Numbered from the stretch's first letter, positions 34,456-43,326 are shown. The stretch: DNA of 51,814 bases from an uncultured Candidatus Saccharibacteria bacterium (GCA_964390875.1 CAYMIO010000003.1:1-51814), one strand, 5' to 3'. Notes: generated by a model from the letters alone, not told the origin. Numbers and translations: made by a program.

Positions 34456-34567
34456 GCCCCGCATCGCCCTGCCTCCTCGGGAGCCGTCAAAACTCGCGCA
34501 CGGATTCTTTACAGGTCGTGCGCTTCGGACAGTTGTCGTCTCCCTCGAAGGCAGGGCGATGCGGGGC
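34456..34567. repeat. 112-bp GC-rich palindromic element (28-nt arms, 19 bp perfect)
   Basis: gccccgcatcgccctgcct(34456-34474)...aggcagggcgatgcggggc(34549-34567). There is an inner 7-bp hairpin gcgcacg/cgtgcgc. The flanks TTC-GCCCCG and CGGGGC-TTTGTGG match the element at 7734-7853. Confidence 0.85.
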
Positions 34568-34614
34568 TTTGTGGTAACCTGCCCCCATCTTCCGACCTGT
34601 GCTAAACTACTGAA

Positions 34615-35940
34615 ATGCTAAAAGCTGCCGCGAAATTCAAAGGGAAAAAGGTGACCGTCATGGGGCTGGGGCTTCTGGGGAAGGGTCTTGGTGATGCGCT
34701 TTTTTTGGCGAAGGCGGGGGCGGATGTTGTGGTGACTGATCTTAAGACTGAAGAGCAGCTGAAGAGTTCGGTGGCTCAGCTCAAGAAATTTAAGAATGTT
34801 CGTTTTGTGCTTGGAAAGCATGATCTTACTGATTTTGAAAAAAGGGATTTTATCGTGAAGGCGCAGGGTGTGCCGCTCGATTCTCCGTACATTGCACATG
34901 CTCGCGCAAAGAAGATTCCGATTCGCATGGACGATGAGCTGTTTCTTTCTCTTGCTCCGAAGGGAATTACGGTTGTCGGTATTACGGGTACTCGTGGCAA
35001 GACGACGACAGCAACACTTGTTCATCATATGTTAAAGAAAGCTCGGAAGCGTGTTCATTTGGCGGGCAACATCCAAGGCGTGGCGACACTCGCACTTTTG
35101 CCGAAAGTTAAAAAAGGGGACATCGTGGTGCTCGAGCTTTCTTCATGGCAGCTCCAAGGTTTTCATGATGCGAAGTATTCTCCGCACATTGCTGTTTTCA
35201 CCAATTTCATGGACGACCACATGAATTACTACAAGACCCGCAAAGAATATTTTTTCGACAAAGCGGCTATTTTTGCATATCAAAAAAAGAATGATGTGCT
35301 TGTGGTGGGTAAGACTATTGCTCCAAGTATTCCGAAAGTTCATAAAGGAAAGAAAATTGTTGCGGATCTCAAAGTTATTCCAAACTCGTGGCAGCTTCCG
35401 ATTCCCGGCGAGCACAATAAAGAAAATATTGCGATCGCGGTGGAAGTGGCGAAGATTCTGAAAATTCCTACAGCAATGATTAAAAAAGGTGTTGAAAGTT
35501 TCGAGGCTGTGCATGGTCGGCTTGAATTTTTGCGTCTGTATAAAGATGTTGCTATCTACAACGACAACAGCTCATCGACTCCTGAATCCACCATCGTCGC
35601 TCTTCGCGCGCTCGGCGATGAATCGAAAAAGAACATCGTGCTCATCATGGGTGGAGCGGATAAGGGTATTTCACAGGAGCCGCTTCTTCGCGAGATTCCT
35701 AAATACTGCAAGGCTGTGGTTCTTCTTGCGGGTAGTGGCACAGACAAGCTCATCATCAAAGATATGCCCGTGCTCTTCACCTACGCCGAAACGCTCACCG
35801 ACGCCGTCCTTCTCGCCAAAGGCTTTGCGCATCGCGGCGACATCATTCTTTTCTCTCCCGCATTTGCATCGTTTGGGATGTTTGTGAATGTGTATGATAG
35901 AGGGGATAAGTTTGTGAAGGAAATTAAGAAACTTAAATAA
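34615..35940 (+). CDS. murD: UDP-N-acetylmuramoyl-L-alanine--D-glutamate ligase
   Basis: N-terminal Rossmann VMGLGLLGKG and P-loop GITGTRGKTTT, with Mur ligase middle and C domains. TAAACT at 34603-34608, 6 nt before the ATG. Confidence 0.9.
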   Translation: MLKAAAKFKGKKVTVMGLGLLGKGLGDALFLAKAGADVVVTDLKTEEQLKSSVAQLKKFKNVRFVLGKHDLTDFEKRDFIVKAQGVPLDSPYIAHARAKKIPIRMDDELFLSLAPKGITVVGITGTRGKTTTATLVHHMLKKARKRVHLAGNIQGVATLALLPKVKKGDIVVLELSSWQLQGFHDAKYSPHIAVFTNFMDDHMNYYKTRKEYFFDKAAIFAYQKKNDVLVVGKTIAPSIPKVHKGKKIVADLKVIPNSWQLPIPGEHNKENIAIAVEVAKILKIPTAMIKKGVESFEAVHGRLEFLRLYKDVAIYNDNSSSTPESTIVALRALGDESKKNIVLIMGGADKGISQEPLLREIPKYCKAVVLLAGSGTDKLIIKDMPVLFTYAETLTDAVLLAKGFAHRGDIILFSPAFASFGMFVNVYDRGDKFVKEIKKLK

Positions 35941-35941
35941 T

Positions 35942-37249
35942 ATGGAACTTGACCTCAAAACAATCAAAAAAGTCTTCTTCATCGGTATCGGCGGGATCGG
36001 TATTTCGGCGCTCGCGAAGTTTGCGAAGTCGCGGGGGATGGAGGTTTCGGGATTGAACGATGAAGAAACGGGTGCGACACTCGATGCGCTCAAAGCGGAA
36101 GGAATTTCTGTTATGTTTCTTGATGGTTTTGTTCTTCCTGATGCTGACCTCTATGTCTATAGCGACGCATGGCTCTACCGCGGTCCGGAAATCATCGAAG
36201 CGGCAAAGAAGACAGGCAAGACCGTGACCAGTTATTTCGGCGCGCTTGGCATATTTTCAAAAGAATACAAAGTGATAGCTATCGCCGGCGTGCACGGAAA
36301 AACCACAACGACAGCGATGACAGGTGAAATGCTCATGGGAGCTGGGCTTGATCCTACGATCGTCGTGGGTTCTTTTGTAAAAAAGTTTGGCAGCAATTTT
36401 TATCAAGGAAAAAGCGAATGGCTCGTGGTGGAAGCCGACGAATACATGCGGCACTTTCTTCACTTCACTCCGTTCATTACCGTCATCACCAACATCGAAG
36501 CCGACCACCTCGACTACTACAAAGACCTCGCCGATGTGCAAAGTGCATTTAAAGAGCTCGTTGCGCAGACGGATATCAGTGGCTACGTGATCTGCGATAC
36601 AAAAGACCCCAATCTTGCGCCGGTGATTCTCGGCTGCAAGGCACAGGTGGTGGATTACCGCGTGTTGGTGGATTCGCTGCCGCGGCTTTCTGTTCCCGGT
36701 GAGCACAACAGACTCGACGCCGCGGCAGCAAAAGCAGTCGGTATGGCGCTGGGTATTGAAGACGAAAAAATAAATAGCGCGCTCGCAGATTTTGAAGGCA
36801 CATGGCGCCGTTTGGAAAAAAGAGGAATAACAGAAGCCGGGACACTGGTGTACGATGACTACGCGCATCATCCCACCGAAGCGCGCGCCAGTCTTTCGGC
36901 TCTCCGTGAGCTGTATCCTCGCGGAGAAAAAAGAATCACCGTGCTTTTCCAGCCGCATCTCTATTCGCGCACTAAAGCCCTTTTCTCTGATTTCATTTCA
37001 GCATTTGATGATGCCGACAACGTACTTTTCCTCCCGATCTATTTCGCTCGTGAAGAACCCGATCCTGAAATTTCTTCAGAGAAACTTGCCGATGCGGTGC
37101 GCCTGCATCGCGGAGAAGCCGTCGCATTTCCAGATTTTGAAACAGCAGAAGCACACTTACGAAAAATGAATTTAAATGAAAAAGATATTTTGGTGACGAT
37201 GGGCGCGGGGGAAGCGTATAAGATTGGAGATAATCTTTTGAACAAATAG
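35942..37249 (+). CDS. murC: UDP-N-acetylmuramate--L-alanine ligase
   Basis: FIGIGGIGISALA, IAGVHGKTTTTAM, and DDYAHHPTE. Confidence 0.9.
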   Translation: MELDLKTIKKVFFIGIGGIGISALAKFAKSRGMEVSGLNDEETGATLDALKAEGISVMFLDGFVLPDADLYVYSDAWLYRGPEIIEAAKKTGKTVTSYFGALGIFSKEYKVIAIAGVHGKTTTTAMTGEMLMGAGLDPTIVVGSFVKKFGSNFYQGKSEWLVVEADEYMRHFLHFTPFITVITNIEADHLDYYKDLADVQSAFKELVAQTDISGYVICDTKDPNLAPVILGCKAQVVDYRVLVDSLPRLSVPGEHNRLDAAAAKAVGMALGIEDEKINSALADFEGTWRRLEKRGITEAGTLVYDDYAHHPTEARASLSALRELYPRGEKRITVLFQPHLYSRTKALFSDFISAFDDADNVLFLPIYFAREEPDPEISSEKLADAVRLHRGEAVAFPDFETAEAHLRKMNLNEKDILVTMGAGEAYKIGDNLLNK

Positions 37250-37250
37250 C

Positions 37251-40229
37251 ATGAACACCTTCGAAGAACTCTACTCCAAACTAAATCCCGGACAAAAGAA
37301 TGCCGTCGACTCTATCGATGGGCCGGTGATGGTGGTTGCCGGTCCTGGTACGGGAAAGACCCAAGTGCTCGCGCTTCGCATTGCGAATATTCTTTCGAAG
37401 ACGGATACGCCGCCGGATGGGATCTTGTGTCTCACATTTACCAACTCGGGAGCGAGCGCTATGCGCGAGCGACTTCGAAGGTATATCGGTCCGACAGCAT
37501 CCCGCGTGGAAATCTCCACGTTTCATTCTTTCGGCATGAAGATGATCGAAGAATTCTATACCGAGCTCGGATACACCGAGCGGCCGGTCCTCATCGACGA
37601 TGCGCAGGCCGTAGCTCTTTCCGACGCCATCCTTCAAGAGCACGATTGGCAGCATCTTCGAACACGCGCAAGCAAAGCATTATATTTCCGCGACATCAAA
37701 TCGCTCATTTCACTTCTCAAACGTGAACGCATGAGCCCTGAACTGTTTCTTTTTGAAATCCACGCAGATATCGCGCGTATACAAAACGACCCTGCAAGCA
37801 TTTCTTCTCGCGGTGCAAGTAAAGGGGAAATGAAACAAGATGCGCTTAAGAAAATTGAAAGTTTGAAACGCACGGAAGAGATTGTGAAATTCTACGAACT
37901 CTATGAAGCTGCAAAGAAAGATCAGAATCTTCTCGACTACGATGATGTACTTGAAGAACTCGTGAGACTGGTGGAAGTTTCGGAAGACGCAGCAGCAACG
38001 ATTCGCGAACGGTATCTCTATGTGCTCGTCGACGAACATCAAGACTCAAGCGGTGTGCAGAATGAATTTCTTTCGAAAGTATGGGGTGAAGTTGAACGAC
38101 CCAATATTTTCGTCGTGGGCGATGACCGCCAGCTTATCTACGGATTCGGCGGCGCATCACTTTCATATTTTGAAGGATTCAAGACAATGTTTGAAGGCGT
38201 ACAATTAATTACCCTTACCGAAAACTATCGTTCCACACAAACTATCCTCGATGCTGCCGAAGCGCTTCTTAAAAGTTCTCTTGCCGAAGCACCTCTTGTT
38301 GCCAACAGAAAAGATGCGCATCCACTTCGCATCGTCGAAGCCGACTATCCGCGCGACGAAATCATCCGCGCAGGATTATTTTTCAAAGAAAAAATAGCCG
38401 AAGGTACTGATATCAATGACTGTGCTATCCTGCTTCCCAAAAATGCGCAGGTGAAAAATGCTGCGCGCGTGCTTCGCGATCTTGGCCTTCGTGTTTCTTC
38501 GCCCGATGCGCTCAAGCTTTTCGAGCTTCCTGAAACACAGACGCTTCTTTCTATACTCGAAGCGATTGCCCAACCAATGGCGCCATACAGAATTGCACCG
38601 CTTTTGCTTGATCCCATTTCAACCATTCCGCCGCTTGCTGCGCATCGCTATCTTTCTTCGCACGATTCGCGAAAGCTTTCCCTCCACGCACTCCTTCAAG
38701 AAAAAGAAACACTCTCGCTCTACCCTGAAGACGATGCGGTACTTTTTTTCGCGCGCCGGCTTGCAGAGTGGCTCGCAATTTCTACAAGCTCTGACGTGTA
38801 CTCGCTCATTCAAAAAGTGGGCGATGAACTCCTGCTTCAGAGTGCAAAAGATCACGACGAGCTCACCCGCCGTGCGGAGATCATTCGCAGCCTCTTGCAT
38901 CTTGCGCTCTCGAAGGCGGAGCGCTCGCCAAGGCTCGCGCTCCCTGAATTCCTCTCTTTCATCCGCCGCCTCGAAGAATACGGCACCGATGTTCCTCTCG
39001 CCGTCTTCGGCCGCGATGAAGGTATAAAAGTCATGACACTCCATTCTTCAAAAGGTCTTGAATTCGATGCGGTGTGGATCGCGCACATGGACGAGCGCAA
39101 CATTATGAGCGGTATGCGAAGCGCCTTCACGCTTCCTGAAAGCGTCGAAGCGAAAGTGGAAGAAAAAGACGAAGCGGTGGTGAAGCGGCAGATCTATGTG
39201 GCTATTACTCGTGCAAAGCGTTTTTGTGTCATCTCATACGCTGCGCACGGATACACCGGCGGCTCGCAAGAGCTCGCTCGCGTCGTCGCTGACCTTCCTG
39301 AAACTATGTTCACGCGCGAGACTGCTGCTGATACCGAATCCATCATTACCAAAAGCGGCGTGGCTCTCTATGCTGTCTCTACACCCGAAGAAACTATCTC
39401 TGTTACCAAGACCGCGCTTGCAAAACTCGTGGCTGAAGAATACGCAAAGCGAAAACTCGCAGTGACCCACCTCAACAATTTCTTCGACTGTCCATGGAAA
39501 TGGTACTTCAGAAATCTCCTCAGTTTGCCTGAGCCGGAATCGGTGAGTTTGCAATTCGGAAATCTCATCCACTCGTCGATCGAGCGCATCTTGAAAGCAG
39601 GGAAGAAGCCGAGCGTGAAGGATGTGGAAGCGATGATTGATGAAAAAATGGCGAAGCTCGTTGGTCTCGACGTTGCTGAAGAACGCCGAATGAAATCGCA
39701 GGCGCTTTCGATTCTTTCATTCTGGATTGAAAAACGCCTTCCTGAAATTTCTGTCGATCGTGAAAGTGAAAAAGCGCTTTCGTACCGCGATCCGGATTTT
39801 GACCATTTGCTCATCACCGGAAAAATAGACCTCACCGAAAGCATCGGCTCACAAAAAGTGCGCGTGACCGACTTTAAGACAGGTTCGATAAAAAAGAAAA
39901 CTGATATTGAAAAAGAAAACGAAGACGGAAAGCTCTCAGACTATCTTCGTCAGCTCGCGATGTATTCGTACCTTATCGATCGCACCACGAAGGGCGATGT
40001 GTATGTTGCCGAGTCGCAACTCGAATTCGTAGAAGCGAAAGCCGATGACAAAAACAGAATCTATTCCACTGAAGTCACGAAAGAAATGATCGATTCGCTT
40101 CGAAAAGATATTATGGAATTCGACCACTCGCTTTCAAGCGGGGAATGGGTCACACGGGAGTGCCATTTCAAAGCGTGGAAAACGGGAGATGTGTGCGAAT
40201 ATTGTGTGCTGGCGAAGATTTACGAATAA
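37251..40229 (+). CDS. UvrD/PcrA-family helicase fused to a C-terminal PD-(D/E)XK nuclease with a four-Cys arrangement
   Basis: Helicase motifs VVAGPGTGKTQV and LVDEHQDSS. The nuclease region has GKIDLTE...VRVTDFKTG and QLAMYSYL. Cysteines sit at FDCPWKW and CHFKAWKTGDVCEYC. Confidence 0.85.
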   Translation: MNTFEELYSKLNPGQKNAVDSIDGPVMVVAGPGTGKTQVLALRIANILSKTDTPPDGILCLTFTNSGASAMRERLRRYIGPTASRVEISTFHSFGMKMIEEFYTELGYTERPVLIDDAQAVALSDAILQEHDWQHLRTRASKALYFRDIKSLISLLKRERMSPELFLFEIHADIARIQNDPASISSRGASKGEMKQDALKKIESLKRTEEIVKFYELYEAAKKDQNLLDYDDVLEELVRLVEVSEDAAATIRERYLYVLVDEHQDSSGVQNEFLSKVWGEVERPNIFVVGDDRQLIYGFGGASLSYFEGFKTMFEGVQLITLTENYRSTQTILDAAEALLKSSLAEAPLVANRKDAHPLRIVEADYPRDEIIRAGLFFKEKIAEGTDINDCAILLPKNAQVKNAARVLRDLGLRVSSPDALKLFELPETQTLLSILEAIAQPMAPYRIAPLLLDPISTIPPLAAHRYLSSHDSRKLSLHALLQEKETLSLYPEDDAVLFFARRLAEWLAISTSSDVYSLIQKVGDELLLQSAKDHDELTRRAEIIRSLLHLALSKAERSPRLALPEFLSFIRRLEEYGTDVPLAVFGRDEGIKVMTLHSSKGLEFDAVWIAHMDERNIMSGMRSAFTLPESVEAKVEEKDEAVVKRQIYVAITRAKRFCVISYAAHGYTGGSQELARVVADLPETMFTRETAADTESIITKSGVALYAVSTPEETISVTKTALAKLVAEEYAKRKLAVTHLNNFFDCPWKWYFRNLLSLPEPESVSLQFGNLIHSSIERILKAGKKPSVKDVEAMIDEKMAKLVGLDVAEERRMKSQALSILSFWIEKRLPEISVDRESEKALSYRDPDFDHLLITGKIDLTESIGSQKVRVTDFKTGSIKKKTDIEKENEDGKLSDYLRQLAMYSYLIDRTTKGDVYVAESQLEFVEAKADDKNRIYSTEVTKEMIDSLRKDIMEFDHSLSSGEWVTRECHFKAWKTGDVCEYCVLAKIYE

Positions 40230-40234
40230 AAATA

Positions 40235-40266
40235 AAAATCCCAGAGAAATTCTGGGATTTTTATTT
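40235..40266. terminator. bidirectional intrinsic terminator
   Basis: aaaatcccaga-gaaa-ttctgggatttt. Confidence 0.8.
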
Positions 40267-40272
40267 TTGTAA

Positions 40273-40977
40273 CTAATCATGTGTTTCTTCTGTGTCTTCG
40301 TCAGGAAGGAATAGATCGTCTAAATCGGAAACGCTTCCTTTGTATCTACTTGGAATGCGCAGTGCGTCATCGTTGTAGTAATAATACGTGTCTTGAATAT
40401 CGCCGGGGAGTCTTGTTTTGAAACCTATTAATTCTCGCTTATAACTATTTGCTTTGTAATACACGGGGGTGTATTTGGGGTTGAGAATCGGTGGTTTGTA
40501 GATTACTTCTTGGGTTGGTTTTTTAAAAACAGGAACTAGTGGAGAGTTTGTTTTATCAGGATTATTGGGAAAAGCATCTGCATCATACAACATATTGTCT
40601 ACAGGCTTTATGCCTTTGTATGAGGGCATACTTTCTATTTGATCTTCTTGGGGTATTTCACTGTCGTAGGGAATCGTATATTTGAAATCTTCTTCATATG
40701 GTTTCCAGGATAAAAATCGTCCAGTCATATCGTATGCTTCCAAGCTATCTCTGTATGCCTTAAGGCGCGGGTCGCTTTCGTCATGAACGATGATAGGTTT
40801 ATACTTTTTCTCTATTGTTTTCGCGCTATCTGCCTCAGCCGTCATTTCTATTTTCTTCGACGGATCTGCCGCCGGCTCCTGCGCTTCTCCTTCCAAAGAA
40901 GCTGCTCCCAGCATTCCCGCCAAAGCAACTGTCTTCATTGTGTTCTCTGCCTTTTGTTTGAATGATTCTATTCCCAT
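40273..40977 (-). CDS. hypothetical secreted protein (Tyr/Pro/Asp-rich)
   Basis: Signal-like MKTVALAGMLGAASLEG. A+T-rich with an acidic C-terminus. No family recognised. Confidence 0.55.
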   Translation of the reverse strand: MGIESFKQKAENTMKTVALAGMLGAASLEGEAQEPAADPSKKIEMTAEADSAKTIEKKYKPIIVHDESDPRLKAYRDSLEAYDMTGRFLSWKPYEEDFKYTIPYDSEIPQEDQIESMPSYKGIKPVDNMLYDADAFPNNPDKTNSPLVPVFKKPTQEVIYKPPILNPKYTPVYYKANSYKRELIGFKTRLPGDIQDTYYYYNDDALRIPSRYKGSVSDLDDLFLPDEDTEETHD

Positions 40978-41003
40978 GTAGCTAGTGTAAGGTTTATTCT
41001 TAA

Positions 41004-41090
41004 TTACTTTGGCCCATTTTCAATAAAGCCCACAACAAACCCTACCACAAGAAGCAGGAGTGCGAGAAGTGTAATGAGCCGGGTTTTCAT
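41004..41090 (-). CDS. possible 28-aa single-TM peptide (MKTRLITLLALLLLVVGFVVGFIENGPK)
   Basis: The ATG is preceded by TGgTAGAAT at 6 nt. It ends 26 nt upstream of the 40977 start. Too short for the ORF track. Confidence 0.3.
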   Translation of the reverse strand: MKTRLITLLALLLLVVGFVVGFIENGPK

Positions 41091-41188
41091 AGCTGCATTC
41101 TACCATAAGACCTACCAGCCGTCTTTTCCCTTGACGGTGCCTATAAAGGGGAGATACACTTAAGCTATTATTATAAAAAGATATTCTC

Positions 41189-41353
41189 ATGACCCCAGAA
41201 GAAATGAAGGTGTTAGCCGATAAACTTAATGACGGAACCTCAACCCAAGAAGAAGAGCTCGCTCTCTTGCAAGAGCTCAATAAGGGCATAGATGAACTTA
41301 AGTCGTTTGTAAAAATGGTCGCATCAGAAAATAGTACAGCAGAAGATAAATAA
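41189..41353 (+). CDS. possible 54-aa acidic helical protein
   Basis: MTPEEMKVLADKLNDG...DELKSFV... Its stop lies 1 nt before the ATG of the next ORF. A TTGACG-17-ATACAC promoter-like sequence lies upstream. Confidence 0.35.
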   Translation: MTPEEMKVLADKLNDGTSTQEEELALLQELNKGIDELKSFVKMVASENSTAEDK

Positions 41354-41354
41354 T

Positions 41355-42017
41355 ATGTCTGAAAAATACTCATTCCCACAAACACCAGCGGCTGAACCTG
41401 AAAAAGAACTTACCGCAGAAGAAAAACAAGAAGCTTTTGATAAGGAGATAGAAAAGGAGGCCGAGAAGTTGGAAGTCTCAATAGAAGAACTCACGCAAGA
41501 GATCAATAAACTCGGTGGTCCTGAAAAGTTTAAAGAAACGATGGAAAGTCGTAGATTCCATATTTCTTCCAATGCCCAGCTTGCGGGTGTAGATGTCTAT
41601 AAAGGGTATGTTGTTACCGAACCTGAATTGGTTACAGACTCTATCCCACCAGACTCACATACATTGGGCGAGAGAATAAGTATGTTGCGTTATAATGAAG
41701 CGAGACATCTTGAATCAGTCAAAAAAACAAATGTGATAAGTGCGGTAACTCTTTCTGCTCTTGCGGTAACTCTCGATCGCATTGGGAATTATACAGATGT
41801 TGGTTCAGGTTTTCGTGAGATGATGGAAAAAGTATCGGAAGGTGAAAGTGGTGTAAATGATTATTTTTACCCAGGGGTTGCGGCGGTGGCTGTAGGTTTT
41901 GCACTATTTAATATCGTCCGTGCCATTAAAATGAAAATTGCCGCGAATAAAGAGAGACGAGAACTCGATAAGCATTTTCTTAAAATGAAAATGACAGGAG
42001 TTGGTTCAGGTAAGTAG
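41355..42017 (+). CDS. hypothetical protein with an acidic coiled-coil N-terminus and two C-terminal TM helices
   Basis: 220-aa ORF. Helices VISAVTLSALAVTL and YPGVAAVAVGFALFNIV. No family recognised. Confidence 0.55.
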   Translation: MSEKYSFPQTPAAEPEKELTAEEKQEAFDKEIEKEAEKLEVSIEELTQEINKLGGPEKFKETMESRRFHISSNAQLAGVDVYKGYVVTEPELVTDSIPPDSHTLGERISMLRYNEARHLESVKKTNVISAVTLSALAVTLDRIGNYTDVGSGFREMMEKVSEGESGVNDYFYPGVAAVAVGFALFNIVRAIKMKIAANKERRELDKHFLKMKMTGVGSGK

Positions 42018-42052
42018 GTTACCTTTCCATGTATTGTTTTAGTGCTTTATCA

Positions 42053-42081
42053 GAATCCGCCTTCCCAAAGAAGGCGGATTT
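42053..42081 (+). terminator. intrinsic terminator-like hairpin
   Basis: gaatccgcctt-cccaaag-aaggcggattt. Confidence 0.65.
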
Positions 42082-42096
42082 CGTTATAGTACCCCT

Positions 42097-43230
42097 ATGC
42101 AGATTCATATAGACACAAAAGAACAAGACGCACTCTTAGCGGAGCTAAAGGGCAGGGAAGACATCGAAGCGCTTCGCATGAAGCGGTATTTGGGAATGCC
42201 CGACCTTACCCGCACAGAGGGAAGTCCACTCAACGACATCATCGAGCGAGTAAAAAAAGTTCCATCACTTGCAGGGTTTGACGTCATTGAGATTCCAGAA
42301 ATAGTGCCTGCGTCGGTTACCTTCGACCTTTTTGATTTTCCACAAGATCACCCAGCGCGTTCTACATCCGACACCTATTACGTAGATGAACAGAATATCC
42401 TCCGCACACACAACACAGTGTCGTGGTACTACTATTTCCATCACGAAGAAGTAAAAGAAAAAATTGCACGTGGTGAAAAACTCGGCGTTCTGTGCTACGG
42501 AAAGGTATATCGAAAAGATGAAATTGATCGCCGTCACATGAACGTCTTTCATCAGATCGACGGTTGGCACATTATTCCAAACAGTGAAGGCCAGCTTCCG
42601 CTCGATGAACTCAAGCGTGTGCTTTCAGAAATTGTCACCAACGTGTTTGGTGCTGAAACCGAATATCGTTTTCTTGATGACACATTTCCATACACGGATC
42701 CATCAACGCAAATCGAAGTGAAAGTAAATGGTGAATGGGTTGAGATCTTGGGTGCGGGTATGATAAAGCCATCGGTGCTTGAAAAAATGGGAGTGACCGG
42801 CTACAACGGCTGGGCGTTCGGTTTTGGACTTGAACGCCTCGCCATCCTTTCTATGTCGCTTCCTGATATTCGCTTGCTCTGGTCAGATGATGAGCGCGTG
42901 AAAAAACAGCTCGTGCTCGGACAGACATTTAAAGAAGTGAGTAAATTTCCTCCTGTTGTGCGCGATATTTCGTTTGTCGTAGACACGGCTACCTTTGCGC
43001 CAAATAATTACTTCGACCTCGTACGTGATGTGATAGGGGATCTCGCTGAAGAAATGGCACTCGTTGATGAATATGAAAACGCCGCAAAGTTCGGCGAAGG
43101 TAAAAAAAGTTATGCGTATCGCGTGACCTATCGCTCACTCGACCATACGCTGACGGACGAAGAAGTAAATGCGCTCCATAAAGAACTGGAAGAAAAAACG
43201 AAGGAAGTATTTAATGCAACCGTGAGATAA
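42097..43230 (+). CDS. pheS: phenylalanine--tRNA ligase, single-chain (alpha catalytic core plus C-terminal FDX-ACB anticodon-binding domain)
   Basis: Class II motifs (FPQDHPAR, VFHQIDG, GWAFGFGLERLA), then SKFPPVVRDISFVVD...YAYRVTYRSLDHTLTDEEVNALH. TATAGT at 42085-42090, 6 nt before the ATG. Confidence 0.9.
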   Translation: MQIHIDTKEQDALLAELKGREDIEALRMKRYLGMPDLTRTEGSPLNDIIERVKKVPSLAGFDVIEIPEIVPASVTFDLFDFPQDHPARSTSDTYYVDEQNILRTHNTVSWYYYFHHEEVKEKIARGEKLGVLCYGKVYRKDEIDRRHMNVFHQIDGWHIIPNSEGQLPLDELKRVLSEIVTNVFGAETEYRFLDDTFPYTDPSTQIEVKVNGEWVEILGAGMIKPSVLEKMGVTGYNGWAFGFGLERLAILSMSLPDIRLLWSDDERVKKQLVLGQTFKEVSKFPPVVRDISFVVDTATFAPNNYFDLVRDVIGDLAEEMALVDEYENAAKFGEGKKSYAYRVTYRSLDHTLTDEEVNALHKELEEKTKEVFNATVR

Positions 43231-43326
43231 AAACGATGTTGGGTGTGAAATTAGGTAAAAGAAAAGGTCAGAAATGAGTTCTGACCAGTTTGAGCTAGAA
43301 CCGTTCTAGCTATCTATTGTTTCTCA

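Noticed and set aside
41020-41385. 121-aa minus-strand ORF
   Set aside because: It spans a divergent promoter region, and it overlaps the more plausible 54-aa plus-strand ORF on the opposite strand and the 28-aa minus-strand peptide ORF in another frame. Its product is Ser-rich and low-complexity.
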